In this document: positions 38,712 to 45,376 of the stretch, one piece after another
Numbering within the stretch: position 1 is the stretch's first letter
Layout of the letters: every line of letters starts with the position of its first letter
IMG/VR virus record: IMGVR_UViG_3300029714_000015
Length of the DNA stretch: 45,376 nucleotides
Origin: a virus
Strand: one strand, 5' to 3'
Made by a program: the position numbers and the translations under genes
The notes under the pieces: generated by a model
What the model was told of the DNA's origin: nothing
The model's input: the letters and a program-made list of their open reading frames with translations, nothing else
Database searches by the model: none

Positions 38712-38809
38712 TCTACATCATACTCCCATTTTTTTAAGTCCTTATTAAATTTATCCCCTATATATTTATGACATATAGGCTCGTTAAAATAAATAGTGTA
38801 AGTTTTCAT
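38627..38809 (-). CDS. Small hypothetical protein (start at MKTYT, the ATG supplied by cassette copy D)
   Basis: Same cassette-to-ATG arrangement as at the other copies. Confidence 0.35.
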   Translation of the reverse strand: MKTYTIYFNEPICHKYIGDKFNKDLKKWEYDVECETWNDTYIFYSLKPAKDLIKKNIRRP

Positions 38810-38936
38810 AACTCTTTTCTTTTTATATTCCCGGGAAACCGCCCGGTCGCTCATCTTTGATATTGCAAATATAAGCACTTTGTTTTAATTACCAAAACTT
38901 TTAACTATTTTTTTTGTTCTCCGTTTTTATTTGCGT
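38807..38936 (-). promoter_or_regulatory. Conserved promoter/leader cassette, copy D. It shares an extra ~25 bp with copy A.
   Basis: Identical core. One substitution (gtcgctcat) in the leader. Confidence 0.6.
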
Positions 38937-39428
38937 TTTTATGTATTCCCACCCCTTTTTATCAATTATTAAATTACGCGGATATTCCATTATTTCACCC
39001 TTTGTGTACACCAAATTATAAATGCCTAATTGCCCTTTTATGGGCACTTCTACTACCTTGCGCGGATTCCGCAATAACCAGCCATACCCATTTGTAATAT
39101 TAGGCCGCTTATCTCTCGGAATACGTGTTTTATCCCAGTCGTCGATAGTAAAATCTTTTATCGGCTTGACATCATATAATTCGACTAATCCTAATGTTAC
39201 ACCGCTTTCCATACCCGGTATTACCGGTTTTGAAGAAGAACAAATAAGTATATCACCACGATAAGAAGTATTTCTACTTCTTACTTCTATCGACTTAACA
39301 CCATATACAAGACCCTCACAATCCATATATGCGGGCGTTACTATATCGTTTGCGTATGGCTGTTTTACTGTTAATGCTCGCCAACGATCATGTTTTACCG
39401 GATCGTAGCAACTATTTTTAAACTGCAT
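38901..39428 (-). CDS. ASCH-domain protein (start at MQFKNS, after the hexamer repeat)
   Basis: LTVKQPYANDIV....KSIEVRS resembles the ASCH beta-barrel N-terminus. The upstream ITITIT.. translation is the hexanucleotide repeat read in frame. Confidence 0.5.
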   Translation of the reverse strand: MQFKNSCYDPVKHDRWRALTVKQPYANDIVTPAYMDCEGLVYGVKSIEVRSRNTSYRGDILICSSSKPVIPGMESGVTLGLVELYDVKPIKDFTIDDWDKTRIPRDKRPNITNGYGWLLRNPRKVVEVPIKGQLGIYNLVYTKGEIMEYPRNLIIDKKGWEYIKTQIKTENKKNS

Positions 39429-39624
39429 CGTTATCGTTATCGTTATCGTTATCGTTATCGTTATCGTTATCGTTATCGTTATCCATAGGCGGAGCAAAAC
39501 CTATTTTTTGCCTCACTTCTTTTGTCTCGAAAACGACAATAACGGTATCTTTTTCTGTACGAACACCGATTAATTCGCTGTCCTCGGGTATTATCATAGT
39601 AATTTCAAATTTCTTTCTCATCAA
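39418..39624 (-). CDS. Small protein ending in a (DN)9 tail encoded by the hexamer repeat
   Basis: 68-aa ORF coupled to the SSB gene by a 4-nt overlap. Confidence 0.3.
   Translation of the reverse strand: MMRKKFEITMIIPEDSELIGVRTEKDTVIVVFETKEVRQKIGFAPPMDNDNDNDNDNDNDNDNDNDAV
39429..39484. repeat. (GTTATC) hexanucleotide microsatellite, about 9.3 units. On the minus strand it is GATAAC.
   Basis: Seen directly. It lies at the junction of the 68-aa ORF and the ASCH gene. Confidence 0.9.
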
Positions 39625-40016
39625 AACGGCAAATCATCATTTTCGTCTTCCGGCTCGGGAGCGGGAATATTATTACGATTATTCTTTGAAGATAACATTT
39701 GCATGGAATAACCGTAAATTTCCGTTACATATCTCTGTATGCCTACATTATCCGTATAATTACGTGTTCTTAATTCTCCCTCAATATATAATTTATCTCC
39801 CTTTCTTACATATTGGTTTGCTATATCTGCCAACTTATTAGATAATACTATATTGTGCCACTCTGTTTTATCCGGGATTGTTACACCTTGTTTGTTAGTA
39901 AAACCTTTTTTTGTAGTTGCTACCGAAAATTGTGCAATTGTTCCGCCATTTTCAAAGGTCTTATAAGTGGGATCGCCGCCCACATTGCCAATTAATATTA
40001 CTTTATTTACGCTCAT
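39621..40016 (-). CDS. ssb: Single-stranded DNA-binding protein
   Basis: OB-fold SSB signature VILIGNVGGDP, WHNIV, YIEGELRTR, and an acidic C-terminal tail ending DDLPF. Confidence 0.85.
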   Translation of the reverse strand: MSVNKVILIGNVGGDPTYKTFENGGTIAQFSVATTKKGFTNKQGVTIPDKTEWHNIVLSNKLADIANQYVRKGDKLYIEGELRTRNYTDNVGIQRYVTEIYGYSMQMLSSKNNRNNIPAPEPEDENDDLPF

Positions 40017-40131
40017 AACAGAATTAATATATAGTTAATAATACATGAAATCGTCCATATATAAGACACAACCGTAAATGCCACGAACGACCAAAATACA
40101 ATTTTATAACCGGTTTTTGTTTTTATCTTCA

Positions 40132-40479
40132 TTACTCTTTAAATTTTACACAATCAAACAAATACTTTTTTTTATTATCCGACCAACCGGCCGCTATATT
40201 CAAAGCAACCCTATCATTATCATGTACAAATTCGCAATAAAATTCAGAGATACTAATATGTTCTACAATACGCACCAATTTGCCAATCAAATAAAAACGG
40301 AAACCATAATAACCGCTATTTTCCCCTACAAATATTATTCGGCGAATTTCATTTACTTGTGGCAAATTTTCTCTCTGTGGGACTTTATTAGGGCTATAAC
40401 GGCTTTCTCTACTTATAAAATCCCTTTGTATAGAACGCCGGGAAATAGCCCTAAAATCCGTATTTTTTTTTACCCTCAT
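40132..40479 (-). CDS. Hypothetical protein
   Basis: 115-aa minus-strand ORF. Chosen over the overlapping plus-strand ORF because every other gene is on the minus strand. Confidence 0.3.
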   Translation of the reverse strand: MRVKKNTDFRAISRRSIQRDFISRESRYSPNKVPQRENLPQVNEIRRIIFVGENSGYYGFRFYLIGKLVRIVEHISISEFYCEFVHDNDRVALNIAAGWSDNKKKYLFDCVKFKE

Positions 40480-40913
40480 CTATATAACATTTGATATTCT
40501 GTTTTTAACAACTCTATTAATTTCATATTTGAATTATATATCCGCATATTTTTTCTATCGCCATTTTCCCAACGGTTGTGTGCTTCAAAACAAAGAATAT
40601 TTATATTTCTCGGATCTGTCGCCATTTCGGGAAATGCTCCTCGGGTCAAAATATGAGAGCAATATACAGAAGAATAATTATATAACGGGCGTAATGTTTC
40701 CTCGCAATAATGCGGCTTGTTTGCCCAAACCCAGCGGAAAAATTTCTCATTCGATTGTGCGGTTTCTATAACGCCACGCCCAAATAATTCTTGTTGGATT
40801 TCTACACGTAAAAATATATCCAAAGAAAAACGTTTGTCTAATAGAGGGGAATACCCTCTATTAATGACAAACAAATATTCTTCTCTATTGGTTATTTTTA
40901 TCGGCTCAATCAT
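40476..40913 (-). CDS. HNH-like endonuclease candidate
   Basis: CSH...NINILC..EAHNRWENG. The spacing is compatible with an H-N-H motif. Confidence 0.35.
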   Translation of the reverse strand: MIEPIKITNREEYLFVINRGYSPLLDKRFSLDIFLRVEIQQELFGRGVIETAQSNEKFFRWVWANKPHYCEETLRPLYNYSSVYCSHILTRGAFPEMATDPRNINILCFEAHNRWENGDRKNMRIYNSNMKLIELLKTEYQMLYR

Positions 40914-41590
40914 TCGCTGTATTCTTCGTCGTTCTCGTTATTTAACAACCCGTTATCGGCTTCCGGTGTTGGTTCTCCGTTAGGATCAAATAATTCTAAT
41001 TGTGCTTTTTTCCCTTTAAACAAGAAAAGGTAAGTTTCTTGTTCTATTTCCGATATAATGTTTTCTAATTCTTCTTCAAATCCGAAACTATCGGCGTTAA
41101 ATTTTATCCTCGGCGAATTAATAGCCGTTTTATAATTATTAGCAACCGTAAACAAACCGGTAATTACAACCCCGACATTATCATCTTTCCCGGACAAAGA
41201 AACGCCCCTTATTTCTATATTTTGTAATGCTTCTTCGGCAAAATCCCGGGCGATATTTTTTTGCTCCTTAGTTGCCTTAAAATCGGGCGTTTCTATCATT
41301 GACAAAAAAGATGTTATATTAAAGATTCGCCCCATTATTGGCACTAATTGTGTAAAACACCGCGCCAAATCCGGGTGTATATCTTTGGCACTCTCTACGT
41401 GATACTTATTGTTATAAGAACTCATACCAACGACTTCTACAACTTCGTAATGAACATCTAAACCACCCTCTTTTAACAACTTTACTTTGGTTAGACTAAA
41501 TGATTTTTCCGACGGGATAATCATTACATTCTTTTCTTCACTCATAATTCTTTTTTTTAAGTATTCGACAAAAATAAAATTTAAATCCAA
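40910..41590 (-). CDS. Hypothetical protein
   Basis: 226 aa with an acidic C-terminus. Directly downstream of the ParB-like gene. Confidence 0.45.
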   Translation of the reverse strand: MDLNFIFVEYLKKRIMSEEKNVMIIPSEKSFSLTKVKLLKEGGLDVHYEVVEVVGMSSYNNKYHVESAKDIHPDLARCFTQLVPIMGRIFNITSFLSMIETPDFKATKEQKNIARDFAEEALQNIEIRGVSLSGKDDNVGVVITGLFTVANNYKTAINSPRIKFNADSFGFEEELENIISEIEQETYLFLFKGKKAQLELFDPNGEPTPEADNGLLNNENDEEYSE

Positions 41591-42177
41591 CTTTTGGAAA
41601 ATTCCTCATCTTTAAATGCCTCGGCAAGTCCAGTTATTTGTTTTAATCTTAAAACTTCGTCCGCGTCCATGCCTAATTCTATACCAATTCTCGCATTTGT
41701 CCAATTATGCTTTTTAAGCATTGTAATTAACTTTGCAGATAATTCTACTTGATGCGTACCCCGGGCAAGATTATGCCTTACCGTAGAAGTTATACGATCT
41801 TCTATCGATTTATTTAACCGACTTACCGGAATATATCCATACAAACTATTATTTATATCCTTATCTTGTTGTATTACTGTCGTTCTATGGAAACCGTCTA
41901 CTACTGTGTAAGGATAATCTTTATTATCGGGCGTATCACAAACTACAATCGGCATTGTTACACCGTCCTTTTTAATGGATAGTTTTAACAGCTTCATTTC
42001 CGGCGGTGCAACCTTATTCGGATTATAATCATTTCCTATGACTTTATTTGCAGGTACTAATTGAACATTTAGTACTGGGTGATTTATACCCAACCAATCA
42101 TATAGTTCCTGTGTAATCGTATTAAATACTTTTACCTTATCTTCAAAAGGCATATCTTTTAAAACATTTTCAATCAT
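41581..42177 (-). CDS. ParB/Sulfiredoxin-like nuclease domain protein (IbrB-like)
   Basis: VVDGFHRTTV (ParB box-II-like GxxR). 198 aa. 4-nt overlap with the IbrA-like gene. Confidence 0.65.
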   Translation of the reverse strand: MIENVLKDMPFEDKVKVFNTITQELYDWLGINHPVLNVQLVPANKVIGNDYNPNKVAPPEMKLLKLSIKKDGVTMPIVVCDTPDNKDYPYTVVDGFHRTTVIQQDKDINNSLYGYIPVSRLNKSIEDRITSTVRHNLARGTHQVELSAKLITMLKKHNWTNARIGIELGMDADEVLRLKQITGLAEAFKDEEFSKSWI

Positions 42178-43379
42178 AATTCTTTCCCGTATCTTGTTAT
42201 CATTTCTATTTGTTTCTCTAACTCTTTTTTTGTTTGGGAAAAAGATAACCCCTTACACCAATAATCATTCTTTAAAAGAACCTTACAAATTCTACGCCAA
42301 GAGGGTATTTTCTTTGTTGATTCCTGTTTCATATCGGCAAAATCCGGTATTTGTGCTATTCCCTCTTTTTCCCACCAAGAAAGAAATTTCTTAATCTTTA
42401 TGCTATAATGTTCTGCAAGATATGGCGGCATAGTACTTAATAAAAATTTTGCATAAGATTCGTATGTATGCCCCTCGGGTAAATTAACTTTATAATTACC
42501 GAGTGTCGTTTTATCATTTTCGGTATATCTATTTCCAAAATTAGCCCCCTCTACTCTATTGACAACTTTTGCCCATGTTTCCGGCTCTAATATTTTAAAC
42601 AAATATAACCCTTGTCTTTGGTCATCTCCATACGGTTGGCAAAGTCGCATTTTACTAAGCGGCACACCCGCCATATTCATTATATCATATATTTTATTAT
42701 AATCATATTTCATTTTCCCATTACAAGCCCAAATATCCCTTACTTTCCAATCATATAAGGGGTAAAAATTATATATTTCTTTATCGGTATTCGGGAACAA
42801 TTTTGTTGTAAACATATACTCTTTATAAGGTACTTTATGTTCATTTTTTATTGTCCTAAACCTGTTTAAACTTTCGTCGGCTCTAATACCTACAAGGCAA
42901 GCCGTGTTTTTCCCCTCGCTGAACCATTCAGCAAACGCGGGTACAAATTCTTCAAATTCCATACCCCGATAAAAGAACGGGAAAAACTTCTCATCTGTTA
43001 TAACATTTTTATTTTTCGGATATTCTCTAACCCATGCCGAACGTTTTTCTTTATCCCAGCAAAGCCAATAAGGGCAATATTGTGATACAGCATTACGCAA
43101 ATGAATAGGTAAACAAACCCAATACCCTACTACCTCATCACGATTAAACATTCTTTCCGTGTAGTCTATCGCATGCTTATATTGTGCCTCCATGTCTATA
43201 TATAAGACATGTACGGGTAATTTCCCCAATTCTCGCGCGACATCTATTGCCAAATTAAGCATAACGCCGCTATCTTTACCATTAGAAAAAGAAATATATA
43301 CTTTTTCAAAATCGGTAAACGCTATTTTTATGCGTTCTTTGGCCGCTTCAAATACATTTTTATCTTGATATACTTTCAT
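42174..43379 (-). CDS. PAPS-reductase / PP-loop protein with a C-terminal extension (IbrA / DUF3440-like)
   Basis: PP-loop ISFSNGKDSG. 401 aa. Overlaps by 4 nt on both sides. Confidence 0.7.
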   Translation of the reverse strand: MKVYQDKNVFEAAKERIKIAFTDFEKVYISFSNGKDSGVMLNLAIDVARELGKLPVHVLYIDMEAQYKHAIDYTERMFNRDEVVGYWVCLPIHLRNAVSQYCPYWLCWDKEKRSAWVREYPKNKNVITDEKFFPFFYRGMEFEEFVPAFAEWFSEGKNTACLVGIRADESLNRFRTIKNEHKVPYKEYMFTTKLFPNTDKEIYNFYPLYDWKVRDIWACNGKMKYDYNKIYDIMNMAGVPLSKMRLCQPYGDDQRQGLYLFKILEPETWAKVVNRVEGANFGNRYTENDKTTLGNYKVNLPEGHTYESYAKFLLSTMPPYLAEHYSIKIKKFLSWWEKEGIAQIPDFADMKQESTKKIPSWRRICKVLLKNDYWCKGLSFSQTKKELEKQIEMITRYGKEL

Positions 43380-44578
43380 AGATCCTTTTCCATTTGTTTA
43401 ATTGATACAGTTTTAAAGTAATCTATCAATGATATTTTTCTATTTATATTTTGATCGATTAATGTTTCTAATCCCACATCTCCGGTAAGATTAAAATAAA
43501 AACAATTCTCTTTCTGTCCCATTCTAAATGTACGTCGCTTTGCTTGCTCAATTAGCCCAAAATCAAATATTTTATCAAAGAATATTGTATAACAATAATC
43601 TTGTAAATTTAATCCGAATGCGTCCCTTTGATAAGATAAAACCACACATTCGGGGTACATTTTTTTACACTCAATCTGACTTAAAATATATTTACAAAAG
43701 ATAATTGTTTTACTTTTTTCAATACGGCGGAACAATTTATTTAATGCCTCAAATTTCCCGCCTGTTATGCAGTAAGAATGTTGCATCTTTGTTACCATTT
43801 CCATATAAATAGAATCATTTCTACTAAAAAGAAAATCGATCGATAAATATTTTGATTTTAAATCATAATACTTTTGTTTACTCTCATCGTCTATATTATA
43901 ATACACATCTTTAAATACTTGCGACACATTCAAATTCAAATCACATTGAAAGACATAATTTTTTATCAACGAAAAAAGATAATCTATATTATCATAGCCT
44001 TTTATATACTCTCTTATCATTTTCCCGTTTTTATAAACTTGAATATAATCGCAAAATATGTTTTTATATTGGCTGTAAGACATGTTTAATATTAACGGCG
44101 ATAAAAATAACATTTGCGGATATAAATCTAATAAATTCTTTGTTATTGGCGTTCCGTTCAAAATCAACTTATTTTTAACCAATTTCCCCAACTCTATAAT
44201 CCTTTTTGTCCTCTTCGCCTGTATATTTTTTATTTTTAAACTCTCATCTACAATTAAGAAAACATCTTTAAACGTGTTTATAAAATCTATTGCCTCTAAA
44301 TATATGCGATTTGAAGATTGCAAACTTTCTGTACCAATATATTTTACCGGGCAATTAAAACCGCCCCATTTATTAACCTCATCTATAACCGTTGTTATGT
44401 CTTTTGACAACGGTTTTATTGTGCGTAATGGAGCTATGTATAAAACAGCTTTTATATTACTTGTTTCATTCACTATATTTACCGCGACATGCGTTTTACC
44501 CGTTCCCGCTTCCATAAACAACGCACCTACACGCCAATCACGTAAATGCCTTTTTGCTTCTAATTGATTATCATTCAT
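43376..44578 (-). CDS. Compact SNF2-family ATPase/helicase
   Basis: Walker A EAGTGKTH, motif II LIVDESL, motif III LNGTPITKNLLDLY, motif VI QAKRRTFRMGQ. Confidence 0.65.
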   Translation of the reverse strand: MNDNQLEAKRHLRDWRVGALFMEAGTGKTHVAVNIVNETSNIKAVLYIAPLRTIKPLSKDITTVIDEVNKWGGFNCPVKYIGTESLQSSNRIYLEAIDFINTFKDVFLIVDESLKIKNIQAKRTKRIIELGKLVKNKLILNGTPITKNLLDLYPQMLFLSPLILNMSYSQYKNIFCDYIQVYKNGKMIREYIKGYDNIDYLFSLIKNYVFQCDLNLNVSQVFKDVYYNIDDESKQKYYDLKSKYLSIDFLFSRNDSIYMEMVTKMQHSYCITGGKFEALNKLFRRIEKSKTIIFCKYILSQIECKKMYPECVVLSYQRDAFGLNLQDYCYTIFFDKIFDFGLIEQAKRRTFRMGQKENCFYFNLTGDVGLETLIDQNINRKISLIDYFKTVSIKQMEKDL

Positions 44579-44891
44579 TTCTTAATTCGGGTATATAGTT
44601 ATTAACCACTGAATATTTTTGCGGAACATGGTGTTTTATCTCCACAAAAGGGTATTTATTCCCTCTTTCATCAAAGAAACATTTCTTTTTATCCGAATAT
44701 TGGATATTCTTTTTTTCTAAAATCCACGCGGCAACCCAATAAGAAAGCCCCTTTGTTTCTGTATCTATACCATAGATTTGTGATGCGGGAAATACATCTA
44801 CCATGCCATTAAAAGAGAATATTTTATAAGCCTTATCGGTTATTTTTTCTATCCTCTTTATTTTTACCGAATAACACAATACTTTCCCCAT
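44571..44891 (-). CDS. Hypothetical protein
   Basis: 106-aa ORF. Confidence 0.45.
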   Translation of the reverse strand: MGKVLCYSVKIKRIEKITDKAYKIFSFNGMVDVFPASQIYGIDTETKGLSYWVAAWILEKKNIQYSDKKKCFFDERGNKYPFVEIKHHVPQKYSVVNNYIPELRNE

Positions 44892-44932
44892 AAACTCTTT
44901 AATTGGATAAAAGAAGGGTAATTACCCTTCTT

Positions 44933-45271
44933 TCATTTACCTATTATAAACATTTCACTTTCTTGTTTGCTTGTAAATGGTATTTGATGCGTTTTAGATT
45001 TAAAATCCACTTTCGACAATTCAAATTGCTTATCTGTAAAGAACCTCACTTCATAAGCCGCCGATAAATTATTTTGTTGAATATTTTTTACATAATCTAT
45101 CGCGCGCTCGCTTGTCATAAAATGTTCAAATACTTTGCTTGTATCAATGCAATTTCTTTGTGTATAACCGCTTCTAATGACTTTTAAATCTTTTTTCGGT
45201 ATCTCTTTCCCGTTTACGCTTTTAAATTCAACCCATGTGATTTTGTACGCTGAAATTTCATTTGTATTCAT
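44933..45271 (-). CDS. Hypothetical protein. First gene after cassette copy A/E.
   Basis: 112-aa ORF whose ATG is the terminal cat of the cassette. Confidence 0.45.
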   Translation of the reverse strand: MNTNEISAYKITWVEFKSVNGKEIPKKDLKVIRSGYTQRNCIDTSKVFEHFMTSERAIDYVKNIQQNNLSAAYEVRFFTDKQFELSKVDFKSKTHQIPFTSKQESEMFIIGK

Positions 45272-45376
45272 AACTCTTTTCTTTTTTATTCCCGGGAAAC
45301 CGCCCGGTCGATCATCTTTGATATTGCAAATATAAGCACTTTGTTTTAATTACCAAAACTTTTAACCATTTTTTGT
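45269..45376 (-). promoter_or_regulatory. Conserved promoter/leader cassette, copy E. 108/108 identical to 1..108, consistent with circular closure.
   Basis: Direct comparison, including the distinguishing aaccatttttt variant found only in these two copies. Confidence 0.6.

Noticed and set aside
40078-40494. 138-aa plus-strand ORF
   Set aside because: It overlaps a minus-strand ORF. The whole genome is transcribed from the minus strand, so the minus ORF is retained with low confidence.

Overview
The window looks like a complete, circularly closed genome of about 45.27 kb from a tailed, siphovirus-like phage of a Bacteroidales-type host. The evidence for the host is an AT-rich backbone and upstream elements that match the Bacteroides TTTG-N19-TAnnTTTG promoter consensus. 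Positions 1-108 are identical to 45269-45376, so the contig wraps onto itself with a unit length of 45,268 bp. Every credible gene is on the minus strand. A roughly 100-bp promoter/leader/ATG cassette, about 97% identical between copies, occurs at four distinct loci and splits the genome into four transcription units.

Unit 1 runs from 45271 down to 38901. It encodes an SNF2-like ATPase, an IbrA-like PAPS reductase, an IbrB/ParB-like nuclease, an HNH-like protein, SSB and an ASCH protein.

Unit 2 runs from 38809 down to 11122. It encodes a C5 cytosine methyltransferase and a truncated GHKL ATPase, both on a GC-rich island. It then encodes a 15-bp tandem-repeat protein, a TerS-like protein, TerL, a portal, a scaffold, the MCP, tail genes including a 1201-aa tape measure, tail fibres and a lysis cassette, and ends at an intrinsic terminator. 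The fibre and lysis region includes a second GC-rich mosaic island.

Unit 3 runs from 10942 down to 4546. It encodes a second PAPS reductase, an HTH regulator, a PD-(D/E)XK nuclease, an initiator-like wHTH protein whose gene carries an iteron array and an (ATT)17 tract, and a RuvC-like resolvase.

Unit 4 runs from 4452 down to 78. It encodes an SbcC/SMC-like ATPase, an SHN-motif PLC-like protein, an HhH-GPD glycosylase-like protein and a DnaQ-like exonuclease.

The most system-like candidate is the SNF2 / PAPS-reductase / ParB operon together with the second PP-loop enzyme, which I read as a predicted DNA-modification or anti-defence module. Other notable items are the origin-like iterons inside the initiator gene, and two paralogous SHN-motif phosphodiesterase-like genes, one native and one on the GC-rich island.
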